64,000 nt of DNA. It comes from a bacterium (lineage in GTDB: Bacteria > Bacillota_I > Bacilli_A > RF39 > UBA660). The position numbers were made by a program, and so were the translations under genes. Positions 47,973-56,582 of this stretch are shown in pieces (within the stretch, counting starts at the first letter, position 1; each line of letters begins with the position of its first letter). The notes below the pieces were generated by a model that ran no database searches, had not been told where the DNA came from, and saw only the letters and a program-made list of their open reading frames with translations. The stretch is from NCBI GenBank assembly GCA_029100545.1, contig JAQXPH010000021.1:10613-74612 (forward strand), read 5' to 3'.

Positions 47973-49235
47973 ATGGATAATCTATTTAAAGAAAGACATA
48001 TTTTATGTATTGATTTAAAAAGTTTTTTTGCTTCATGTGAATGTGTAAAAAAAGGTGTTAATCCATTTAATTATCCTCTTGTAGTGGCAAATCCTAATCA
48101 AGGTGATGGAGCTATTACTTTAGCTGTTACACCATTTTTAAAAAAACTTGGAGTTAAATCAAGAGGAAGAATTTTTGAAATACCTAAAAATATTAAATAC
48201 GAAATAGTTATGCCACATATGAACTATTATATAAGTAAAAGTAAAGAAGTTGTTTCCGTATATTTAGATTATGTTGCTAAAGAGGATATTCATATATATT
48301 CTATTGATGAGTGTTTTTTAGATGTAACCTCTTATTTAAAATTATATCAAAAAACTGATTATGAACTTGCTAAAGATATATTAAAAAAAGTTTATGATAA
48401 AACTGGGCTTACCGCTACATGCGGTATAGGACCTAATATGTTACTTGCTAAAGTATCAATGGACATTGAAGCAAAGCATAATACTGATTGTATAAGCAAA
48501 TGGACATATGATGATGTTCCTAAAAAATTATGGAAAATTAGTCCTCTTAGTGATATGTGGGGTATTGGTAAAAATATGGAAAAAAGATTAAATTCTATGA
48601 ATATTTTTACTATAGAAGATTTAGCTAAAACTAATCCAGGTATTTTAAAAGATAAATTTGGAATTGTTGGAATTGAACTATGGAACCATGCAAATGGAAT
48701 TGATAATAGTGAAATTAAAGATTTTAATAATATAACTAAAGATAAATCATATTCTAATTCTCAAGTTTTATTCAAAGATTATAATGAAAAAAATATAACT
48801 ATTATAATTAATGAAATGATTGACAATTTATGTGCAAGACTTAGAAAAAATAATAAAGAATGTTTAACTTTTGGTTTAGGAATTACATACTCTAAAAATA
48901 CTCCAGGAGGTTTTTATCATAATATAAAATTAGATAATGCCACAGATAAAATGACTGATTTAATAAAATATGCAAGTATTATTTTTGATCGTTATTATGA
49001 AAACTTACCTATAAGAAAAGTAACTGTTTGTGCTGGAAATTTGAGAAATAAATTAGGAACACAATTAAATTTATTTGAAGAATATGTGGATATAAAAAAA
49101 GAAGATAATATTAATGAAGTTATTGATCAAATAAAAAAGAAGTATGGAAAAAATAGTGTTCTAAAAGCCTCAAGTTTACTTGAAGATTCAACAATAAAAG
49201 AAAGAAATAATAAAGTTGGAGGTCATAATGCATAA
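47973..49235 (+). CDS. Y-family DNA polymerase (UmuC/UvrX/YqjW type)
   Basis: ILCIDLKSFFASCE, SIDECFLDVT, the little-finger region. Confidence 0.88.
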   Translation: MDNLFKERHILCIDLKSFFASCECVKKGVNPFNYPLVVANPNQGDGAITLAVTPFLKKLGVKSRGRIFEIPKNIKYEIVMPHMNYYISKSKEVVSVYLDYVAKEDIHIYSIDECFLDVTSYLKLYQKTDYELAKDILKKVYDKTGLTATCGIGPNMLLAKVSMDIEAKHNTDCISKWTYDDVPKKLWKISPLSDMWGIGKNMEKRLNSMNIFTIEDLAKTNPGILKDKFGIVGIELWNHANGIDNSEIKDFNNITKDKSYSNSQVLFKDYNEKNITIIINEMIDNLCARLRKNNKECLTFGLGITYSKNTPGGFYHNIKLDNATDKMTDLIKYASIIFDRYYENLPIRKVTVCAGNLRNKLGTQLNLFEEYVDIKKEDNINEVIDQIKKKYGKNSVLKASSLLEDSTIKERNNKVGGHNA

Positions 49236-49548
49236 TGTTGAAAGAGGCATTATAAAGTGGTCTCCTTTTAATTCAGTAGTATCTGGTAATGAAATGTTAA
49301 ATAGCATTGTAAAAGAAAAAAATAAAATAGCAATGCCTACTTTATCTGATGAGCAAAAAGAAGTTATAGAAAAAAAATTAATTTTAGCACTTTACAGTCA
49401 AAATATAGTTAATATTTATTATTTTCAAAACGGGAAAATTTTAAATATTAAATCAAATATAAAAAAAATAGACTCTACTTACCATAAAATCTATTTTCAA
49501 AATAAAGTTATCTTATTTGAACAAATAATTGAGATTAACCAACTATAA
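49228..49548 (+). CDS. YolD-like protein
   Basis: IKWSPFNSV motif, and it sits directly after a UmuC-like gene. The start is set at the ATG after TGGAGG. Confidence 0.7.
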   Translation: MHNVERGIIKWSPFNSVVSGNEMLNSIVKEKNKIAMPTLSDEQKEVIEKKLILALYSQNIVNIYYFQNGKILNIKSNIKKIDSTYHKIYFQNKVILFEQIIEINQL

Positions 49549-50398
49549 AAAATCTTGTAAATAAGAAAAATAAAATTAATGCAGTAACAAGTAACACAGC
49601 CACAGTACAAATTATTTTAACATTTTTACTAACTTTTGGTTTTTCGTCTTTGGAATTTCCAGCTTTCTCACCTTCTATAATTGGAGCTGATTCCATAACT
49701 GGTTCAGTTTGATTAATAATTGGTGTCTCAGTTGGAGTTTGCACTGGCTCAGCAGGCGTTTCAACTACAGGAGTTTGTACTGGTTCAGCAGGTGTTTCAA
49801 CAACTGGAGTTTGTACTGGCTCAGCAGGCATTTCAACAACAGGAGTTTGTACTGGTTCAACAGGCGCTTCAACAACTGGAGTTTGCACTGGTTCAGCAGG
49901 CGCTTCAACAACTGGAGTTTGCACTGGTTCAGCAGGAGTTTCAACTACAGGAGTTTGTACTGGCTCAGCAGGAGTTTCAACAACTGGAGTTTGCACTGGT
50001 TCAGCAGGAGTTTCAACTACAGGAGTTTGTACTGGCTCAGCAGGAGTTTCAACAACTGGAGCTTGTACTGGCTCAGCAGGCATTTCAACAACAGGAGTTT
50101 GCACTGGTTCAACAGGCGTTTCAACAACTGGAGTTTGTACTGGCTCAGCAGGCGTTTCAACAACAGGAGTTTGTACTGGCTCAACAGGTGCTTCAACAAC
50201 TGGAGTTTGCATTGGCTCAGCAGGTGCTTCAACTACAGGAGTTTCTACTTGTGCTATTGGCTCTTCAATAGTTTGATTAGCTTCAGGCATTTGAGGCATC
50301 TCAATTACTGGAGTTTGCACTTCATTATTATTTTCAACTTGCTCTTCTGAATTTTCAATTTTTGGTAACTCAATTTTTAAATCATTATTTTCTTCCAT
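49535..50398 (-). CDS. tail-anchored repeat protein, (TPVVE[TAM]P[AV]EPVQ) x14
   Basis: ORF track. No signal peptide. C-terminal TM IICTVAVLLVTALILFFLF. RBS AGAGGT and a TATAAT lie upstream. Confidence 0.75.
   Translation of the reverse strand: MEENNDLKIELPKIENSEEQVENNNEVQTPVIEMPQMPEANQTIEEPIAQVETPVVEAPAEPMQTPVVEAPVEPVQTPVVETPAEPVQTPVVETPVEPVQTPVVEMPAEPVQAPVVETPAEPVQTPVVETPAEPVQTPVVETPAEPVQTPVVETPAEPVQTPVVEAPAEPVQTPVVEAPVEPVQTPVVEMPAEPVQTPVVETPAEPVQTPVVETPAEPVQTPTETPIINQTEPVMESAPIIEGEKAGNSKDEKPKVSKNVKIICTVAVLLVTALILFFLFTRFFIVG
49733..50236. repeat. 14 head-to-tail copies of a 36-bp unit (in-frame coding tandem repeat)
   Basis: The + strand unit is approximately GGAGTTTGYACTGGYTCAGCAGGNGTTTCAACWACA, counted directly in the sequence. 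A partial 15th copy follows. Confidence 0.9.
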
Positions 50399-50466
50399 AT
50401 TATCATACCTCTATTATAATTATGCCATAAAAAAGAAAATATTCCTAGTACTAAATTAATATTTTC

Positions 50467-50817
50467 TTAATTTTTGGGTTTGAAAAATATACAAATTATA
50501 AACGCAAATACAATTGCCGCAGTTATTGCAAGAGAACTTTTACATAAAAGTCCCGAAAATATTCCTAATATTCCTTCATTTTTGAAGCCTTCCATACCAC
50601 CTAAAAAAAGCATATTACCAAAATTCATTATTAAAATAGTAGCTCCCACTCCACATTTTTCTATTAAAGTTGGATAAATACCCAAAAATGCTAATATTGC
50701 ACCAATAACGGTAAATATTGAAGTAATATGTCCTGGCGTAAGTTTAGTATTATCTAGAATTATTTGACCAATCATACACACAAATCCCGCTAGTAAAAAT
50801 GCATTTAAATATATCAT
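50467..50817 (-). CDS. spoVAE: stage V sporulation protein AE (SpoVAEB type)
   Basis: 116 aa, 4 TM, GHITSIFTVIGAILAFLGIY pattern. Overlaps the spoVAD stop. Confidence 0.85.
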   Translation of the reverse strand: MIYLNAFLLAGFVCMIGQIILDNTKLTPGHITSIFTVIGAILAFLGIYPTLIEKCGVGATILIMNFGNMLFLGGMEGFKNEGILGIFSGLLCKSSLAITAAIVFAFIICIFFKPKN

Positions 50818-51788
50818 GATAACACCTCAATTTTTACTGCATGACTAATTGCAGGAACCGTTTGATGTTGATTAACTAAAACTGGTGTATGAAGAGAACC
50901 ACTTCCAACAAGCAAAATTCTTTTATATTTTTTACTTTTTAAAATTTTTGTAAAAAATATAAGTGGTAGACAGCAAGGACCAGATCCTCCTGAATACATC
51001 TGACTATCTAAAAATATTTCACAACCTGCATCCATAATTTTATTTAATTTTTCATGATAAATTGTTTCATAATATTCTTTTAAAATATCTAATCCCACAC
51101 ATCCTAAATCACCTGTTAAAATCAAATCATAATCTTTCATAGTTTCATTATTATTTTTTAAAAAATTATAAATTGTATCTGCACAAGCTGGAGCCATAAT
51201 TGCTCCCATGTGATTTACATCATTTATTCCCAGATTTATTACCTTACCTACTAAGGCCGAAGAAACTTTTATATTAGTTTTATCATTTGACAAAATTGCG
51301 CCTGTACCTGCGGTTACTGTACATGTAGCAGTGGTAGGTTTTGGTGCACCATATTCCACCGGATAACGATATTGTCTTTCCGCAGTTAAATTATGCGAAG
51401 ATGTTAAACAAATAATATTTTTAGCATTTTTACTTTCAATTAAATTAGCCCCTAAAATAATAGAAAGTGGAAAAGTTGCACAAGCTGCATAAACTCCAAT
51501 AAATGGAATATTATAATCCATCATAGTATAGTTTGAAATTGCAATTTGATTTATTAAATCCCCTGCTATTATATAATTAATATTTTCTTGGCTTAAATTA
51601 TTTTTATTAAGTAAATTAAGAATTACTAATCTTTGCATTTTGATTTCTGCAAGTTCAAAAGTTTTTTCTTCAAAATAATAATCATCAAATTTTAAATTAT
51701 AATTTGTTATCTTACTATCTTTTTCTTTAGGACCAACAATAGTGAAATAATCTTTAATATAAACATTATTAAAATTTAAATTAGCCAT
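50814..51788 (-). CDS. spoVAD: stage V sporulation protein AD
   Basis: Thiolase-like fold, IKDYFTIVGPKEKDS...GVYAACATF. Confidence 0.88.
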   Translation of the reverse strand: MANLNFNNVYIKDYFTIVGPKEKDSKITNYNLKFDDYYFEEKTFELAEIKMQRLVILNLLNKNNLSQENINYIIAGDLINQIAISNYTMMDYNIPFIGVYAACATFPLSIILGANLIESKNAKNIICLTSSHNLTAERQYRYPVEYGAPKPTTATCTVTAGTGAILSNDKTNIKVSSALVGKVINLGINDVNHMGAIMAPACADTIYNFLKNNNETMKDYDLILTGDLGCVGLDILKEYYETIYHEKLNKIMDAGCEIFLDSQMYSGGSGPCCLPLIFFTKILKSKKYKRILLVGSGSLHTPVLVNQHQTVPAISHAVKIEVLS

Positions 51789-52218
51789 AAAAAACCACCT
51801 TTATTACACATAAAATAAAAGCTGATATAATTCCATATAATAAAACTGATCCTGCAAGTTTAAAAAAATTAGCGCCAAGACCGGTTATCATTCCATCTTT
51901 TTTATATTCCAAACCACAACTAGTTATACTATGGGCAAAACCGGTTGTAGGAACAATAAGACCACATTTTGTTTTAGTAACCCAATCATCAAAAAAATTA
52001 AGACCAGTAAATAAAGATGCTAAAAATATTGTAATTAAACATACAACACTATAACTTACCTTTACTGACATGCCAAATAATATAACTAGTAGTCTAGAAA
52101 TTATTTGACCAGATAATCCTAGTAATCCTCCTACTACAAAAGCAATTAACATATTTTTTAATTTGTTTTGTTTAGGATACTTTTTTTTAACAAGATTTTT
52201 ATACTCTTCTTTATCCAA
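51781..52218 (-). CDS. spoVAC: stage V sporulation protein AC
   Basis: YKNLVKKKYPKQNKLKNMLIAFVVGGLLG resembles B. subtilis SpoVAC. TTG start. Confidence 0.85.
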   Translation of the reverse strand: MDKEEYKNLVKKKYPKQNKLKNMLIAFVVGGLLGLSGQIISRLLVILFGMSVKVSYSVVCLITIFLASLFTGLNFFDDWVTKTKCGLIVPTTGFAHSITSCGLEYKKDGMITGLGANFFKLAGSVLLYGIISAFILCVIKVVFYG

Positions 52219-52221
52219 AAT

Positions 52222-52258
52222 AAATCACCATTATTATTATTTATTTAAATGGTGATTT
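52222..52258 (-). terminator. hairpin between sigF and spoVAC (weak terminator or attenuator)
   Basis: AAATCACCAT-17 nt-ATGGTGATTT. Only a short T-run follows. Confidence 0.3.
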
Positions 52259-52263
52259 TATAC

Positions 52264-52902
52264 TTATAAAGTCAAAAATCTTTGCATTTTATCTAAACCT
52301 TTTTTTTCATATCTTGAAACCATTACTTGAGTCATAGATAATTTTCTTGCAACTTCACATTGAGTTAAATCTTCAAAATATCTAGACTTAATAATATTTC
52401 TTTCATCCTCTGAAAGCATTTCCAAACTTTCATCAATTAATATTTTATCATCAACCGAAACTTTTTCTTCACTTTTTATAGTATCATATAAACAAACATT
52501 TTCTTCACTATCAAGACTCATTATACTTTGACCTGCCATTACTGCTTCATAAATCTTTCCTTTATCTATTTCAAGGAAATTAGCAACATCATCATAACTT
52601 GGAACAATGCCACTATTTTGAGTAAGAGAAAGTCTTGTTTGTTCAATTAATTTATAAAGTTTTAAAATATCCTTATTTATTTTAAGAGGTCTATTATTAA
52701 CTAATAAATACATTTCTCCATAAATATAATTGTAAGCAAAACTTGTAAACTTAGCATTAAAACTTTCATCATATTGCTTATAAGCTTTTAAAAGACCTAG
52801 AACTCCTGCTTGAAATAAATCTTCCTTAGGATAACCATAAAATTTTTTAGCAATATCATAAATAAGGCCAGCATTTTGATTAATAATTTCTTCTTTATTC
52901 AT
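52264..52902 (-). CDS. sigF: sporulation sigma factor SigF-like (SigB/F/G group)
   Basis: Region 2 DLFQAGVLGLLKAYKQYD...FTSFAYNYIYGEM. Region 4 QCEVARKLSMTQVMVSRYEKKGL. Located between spoIIAA and spoVAC. The ATG at 52902 is preferred over the TTG at 52914. Confidence 0.8.
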   Translation of the reverse strand: MNKEEIINQNAGLIYDIAKKFYGYPKEDLFQAGVLGLLKAYKQYDESFNAKFTSFAYNYIYGEMYLLVNNRPLKINKDILKLYKLIEQTRLSLTQNSGIVPSYDDVANFLEIDKGKIYEAVMAGQSIMSLDSEENVCLYDTIKSEEKVSVDDKILIDESLEMLSEDERNIIKSRYFEDLTQCEVARKLSMTQVMVSRYEKKGLDKMQRFLTL

Positions 52903-52903
52903 A

Positions 52904-53236
52904 TTAAACCTCAATAGTTTTTAATGCTGTAAGTTCATTATCAAGTTTCTTTATATGTAATTTATGTAATTTTTTATTTAAATATTTATTTACTTCACAT
53001 ATGTACATAATGCCCTTATTATTTTTTATTGCAAATTTAGTATTTAATAATGCATCTAATCCATTATCATCAATATCATCAAGATAATAAAAATTATAAA
53101 CTAAATATTTTATTTTATGTTTTAGTAATACAGGAACTAAATAATTATTAACTTTGTAAGATGTAGAACGATTTAATACACCATCAAGTCTTACAAAAAG
53201 TATTCCTTTATCATATTCTAAATTCATTTTTAACAT
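52904..53236 (-). CDS. spoIIAA: STAS-domain anti-anti-sigma factor SpoIIAA-like, with Asp at the phospho-serine position
   Basis: ILFVRLDGVLNRSTSYKVNNYL...LVYNFYYLDDIDDNGLDALL aligns by eye with SpoIIAA VLNLEDLSFMDSSGLGVIL. The start is set after AAAGGAAAA. Confidence 0.65.
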   Translation of the reverse strand: MLKMNLEYDKGILFVRLDGVLNRSTSYKVNNYLVPVLLKHKIKYLVYNFYYLDDIDDNGLDALLNTKFAIKNNKGIMYICEVNKYLNKKLHKLHIKKLDNELTALKTIEV

Positions 53237-53293
53237 ATTATATTTTCCTTTTCTATAAATAATATAGTTCATTTTTATTTAAGTTTAAACAAC

Positions 53294-53352
53294 TTCGACA
53301 AAACATGTCAAAAGTTTTAATTATTATATATTTTTATTATTATTTTTCGACA
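53294..53352. promoter_or_regulatory. two Spo0A boxes upstream of spoIIAA-sigF
   Basis: TTCGACA at 53294-53300 and 53346-53352 (minus strand TGTCGAA), 60-115 bp upstream of the spoIIAA start. Confidence 0.55.
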
Positions 53353-53395
53353 AATTATAATACATAAAAAAAGAAAGTTTAAATTACTTTCTTCA

Positions 53396-53944
53396 TTATT
53401 TAAATACTTTTACAATATCATTGATATGTTTTTTTAATATAATAGTATCTATAATATTAGTTATTGAATAAACAACTAATACTATTCCAATATAGGTTGT
53501 TATTGCAAGAGAGCCTAAACTTGGATTAATTATTATGATGCCACCACATATAATTGATAAAAGAGCACAAATAAATAGTAAAAACCATTTACCTTTTTTA
53601 ACTTCTTTTAAAGATAAAGAAAGTCTTATATCCAAACTTGATTTAGTTATCATAACAATACCTATTAAAATTGGAAATAAAGTTTTTATAATATTAGGAT
53701 TTAATAATATTACAATTCCCACAAGCAATTCAATTATTCCCAAAGATAAGAATCCTGAGATAATAGAAGTATTGTTTTTTTCAATTATAAAATATACACC
53801 ATTTATAATTAAAATAGCTGCAATAATGTATGTAATTGTTTCAAAGGATGTTTTTGGAAATATAATAAATATAAGTCCCATTAAAAGTGTTAATATTGCC
53901 ATTACAATTGAAGAATTTAAAAACTTATTTATTTTTTGAAGCAT
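53396..53944 (-). CDS. HdeD/DUF308 family membrane protein
   Basis: 182 aa, 6 TM, LMGLIFIIFP...ILIINGVYFI repeat pattern. Confidence 0.7.
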   Translation of the reverse strand: MLQKINKFLNSSIVMAILTLLMGLIFIIFPKTSFETITYIIAAILIINGVYFIIEKNNTSIISGFLSLGIIELLVGIVILLNPNIIKTLFPILIGIVMITKSSLDIRLSLSLKEVKKGKWFLLFICALLSIICGGIIIINPSLGSLAITTYIGIVLVVYSITNIIDTIILKKHINDIVKVFK

Positions 53945-54058
53945 TTGTTATTTCTCCTTTCTATTATAATTCTAATATTTTTTTACATACGTGTAAATAA
54001 AAAATCCCTATATTATAATTAATAAAAAACTAAATATTCTCATATTTAGTTAAAATTA

Positions 54059-54928
54059 CTAATTACTATCTAAATAACTTGCCATATGTCTAGCCCATAA
54101 AAAGAAGAAATATGATTTTGGATGAATACCATCGCTTGAAAATGATTCATCATTTAAAAAATAACTATTTTCTAAAAAATCAACATTTTGATCTATTGCA
54201 AGTTTTTTTAATTCTTCATTAAATAGACTTTGATATGAAAAACAATTATCATTTAATATAGCATTACTACTCGTAGGTAAAATAGAATTTATAATTATTT
54301 TAGTATTTGGTAAAGCATTTTTGATGTTTTCTATAGCATTTTTATAATTTTGAATAAATGCTTGTACATTACCATTAAGCATTTTTAAATCATTAGCACC
54401 ATATGCTAAAAATAAATAACTAGGATTTTTTTGAATTAAAGTTGGTAAATCCAAATTCATATTATCTACTCTTCTACCACGATGCCATACTACACTTTCA
54501 TTATTTAAAACGCCATAACAAGATAATCCTTCACCCATAGAATCGCCAACAACAACAGCATTCTTATTAAGAAATATTGCCCTTGCTTGTTCATTGGAAA
54601 TGTTATCAATTTGATATAAATCATCACTAGGAAGATTGTATCCATTATTATTAGAGGTATTATTATCTAAATTATCATTTATTATATTTTCATCAGGATT
54701 TTTTTCTTCATTACTATTAATTACTTCGTTTTCTATGATATCATTTTTATTTTCTTCTTCCGAAGTAGTTTCACTATTAATTATAATTACATCATTATTT
54801 TTTGTTTCATTAACAATTAATACACGATTATTTAATGAAAAAGAATAACTACTTAATAAATAAATAGTTACCGCTAATAAAAAGATTAAAAGAATTATAC
54901 TATAAAATTTTACTACTTTTTCTTCCAT
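54059..54928 (-). CDS. membrane-anchored SGNH/GDSL hydrolase
   Basis: VVGDSMGEGL (block I), YGANDL (block III), SSDGIHP (block V). N-terminal TM and an acidic Asn-rich linker. Confidence 0.8.
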   Translation of the reverse strand: MEEKVVKFYSIILLIFLLAVTIYLLSSYSFSLNNRVLIVNETKNNDVIIINSETTSEEENKNDIIENEVINSNEEKNPDENIINDNLDNNTSNNNGYNLPSDDLYQIDNISNEQARAIFLNKNAVVVGDSMGEGLSCYGVLNNESVVWHRGRRVDNMNLDLPTLIQKNPSYLFLAYGANDLKMLNGNVQAFIQNYKNAIENIKNALPNTKIIINSILPTSSNAILNDNCFSYQSLFNEELKKLAIDQNVDFLENSYFLNDESFSSDGIHPKSYFFFLWARHMASYLDSN

Positions 54929-55019
54929 TATACTTCCTTAACACTATAATAAGTATAAAAATAAATAATAAAAAAAGCAAGTTTTTAACTTACTTATACA
55001 AATAATTTTACAAAAAAAA

Positions 55020-55487
55020 TTATTTATTTTCTAATGCTAAAAAATTATCTTTAATTATACTAGCGTATTCATTATCCATTACAAGTAAGATTAAATTGCC
55101 TTTGCTTTCAACCATTACATTTTCTTCTTCAACTTCAACACATATCCACTTTCTAGGATTTACTTTTTCTTTTATTTCTTCTTTAATACTATTAATATTA
55201 CTAGTATCATCAAGTCTAATTAAAACAACTGAATGCGCTATTGAAGACATAAGTGGTTCACTAGCAAGAGCCTCTTTATAAGAAAAATCTATGTCTCCTA
55301 AATAATACTGTTTATTATCTTCTGTTACATTTATTTGTTCAAGTTTAGGAAAATCACTTGGAACACCAATATATAATTTATCCATAATTTCACTTAAATT
55401 ACCCTCAATATTTTGAACTTTATTTTGACATCCAAAAATAAAAAATATTGAACAAATTATAACTATATAATAACTTATTTTTTTCAT
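55020..55487 (-). CDS. lipoprotein (DUF4358-like)
   Basis: Lipobox IFFIFGC. The size and context match the small lipoproteins found beside MBOAT/DHHW genes. Confidence 0.55.
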   Translation of the reverse strand: MKKISYYIVIICSIFFIFGCQNKVQNIEGNLSEIMDKLYIGVPSDFPKLEQINVTEDNKQYYLGDIDFSYKEALASEPLMSSIAHSVVLIRLDDTSNINSIKEEIKEKVNPRKWICVEVEEENVMVESKGNLILLVMDNEYASIIKDNFLALENK

Positions 55488-55499
55488 ACTACTACCTTT

Positions 55500-56573
55500 C
55501 TATTTAATTGCAAAACTATTATTTATTATTAATGTAGAATACATAAATATTATATCACTATTATCATCAAAATTTAAGTCATTAATTTTATTTAAATGTC
55601 TACTATTTACATATCTTAAGTCTACTAAAGTAATTTTTGAATAATCTTCGATAAGTAATGGAACTAAACTACTTGCAAATGAATCACGAAAAATAATTAA
55701 GTTTTTATTATCCTTATTATTTTGATTTTCAATAAAAAGTATTGGAGTTGCTCCAGATAAAAATATATCATAACTATCTATATTTTTTAAATTATCTTCA
55801 TTATATACTTTTTGATATTCACTCTTTTCATAGTTGTATACTTTTGCATTATTTATTACATAATTTGTATTATAAATTAATGTATCAGGTTTTACGATAT
55901 TATCTCCATACAAAGCACCATAAAATGGATAATATTCATTTTCTATATAATTTTCACTCTTTATTTCTAAATTAAGATTACTTTGAATTTTATTTAAAAC
56001 ATTTTGTAAACATTCTTGTTTCCAATGTATATCAGTTTTATAATATGAATCTAATGTTAAAGAAGATGTAATATCAATCCATTTTAAGTAATCAAGACTA
56101 TATTTTAATTTATTTTTCATATATTCATAATCAATTTTAGGAATGTTTTTATTATCTAAATAATAATTTTTATCTGGAATCATTATAAAATATTTATTTT
56201 GATTTTCATTTAAATAGTTATCATTTATATAATTTATTTTATTAATTAAATTATCAATTGATTTATCATTAATAGCACTATCAATTTGAAATAAATAACC
56301 ATTTTGTTCATATATTCCATTATTTTCTTCCATAAGCATTATTTTTTTTGAGGTAAATCCTTTAAGTTTTTTAAAAGAATCTCTAAAAGGAAATTGATCT
56401 AAAAAATAATTATCTAATTTTTTTGAAAAATCGTTATTAATAGTAATTTTAGGAAATGATACTAAATGTCTTCTTTCACTAAAAGAAATATCTTTATCTT
56501 TTAAAATAATACCTAAAAACATAAATAAAAAAATTGTAAACATAAATAATATTGAATTAATTTTATCTTTCAT
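55500..56573 (-). CDS. DHHW-family protein (AlgX/AlgJ/PatB-like O-acyltransferase partner)
   Basis: N-terminal TM, YKTDIHWKQ (DxHW motif), RDSFASSL. Confidence 0.7.
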   Translation of the reverse strand: MKDKINSILFMFTIFLFMFLGIILKDKDISFSERRHLVSFPKITINNDFSKKLDNYFLDQFPFRDSFKKLKGFTSKKIMLMEENNGIYEQNGYLFQIDSAINDKSIDNLINKINYINDNYLNENQNKYFIMIPDKNYYLDNKNIPKIDYEYMKNKLKYSLDYLKWIDITSSLTLDSYYKTDIHWKQECLQNVLNKIQSNLNLEIKSENYIENEYYPFYGALYGDNIVKPDTLIYNTNYVINNAKVYNYEKSEYQKVYNEDNLKNIDSYDIFLSGATPILFIENQNNKDNKNLIIFRDSFASSLVPLLIEDYSKITLVDLRYVNSRHLNKINDLNFDDNSDIIFMYSTLIINNSFAIK

Positions 56574-56582
56574 AAATACCTC

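Noticed and set aside
49733-50236. Possible CRISPR array (regular 36-bp periodicity)
   Set aside because: The units are contiguous with no spacers and are in frame within a protein gene. No cas genes or leader are present.
49709-50350. Long plus-strand ORFs (213 aa, 183 aa) and a 71-aa minus-strand ORF inside the 36-bp repeat array
   Set aside because: They arise only because a stop-free periodic repeat is open in several frames. They have no RBS, and the minus-strand frame with a C-terminal TM, RBS and promoter is the coherent gene.
50399-50466. Possible sigma-G type promoter (GAATA ... CATAATTA) in front of the repeat-protein gene
   Set aside because: The spacer is ~15 nt rather than the 17-18 nt expected. 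It cannot be told apart from a plain TATAAT -10 element.
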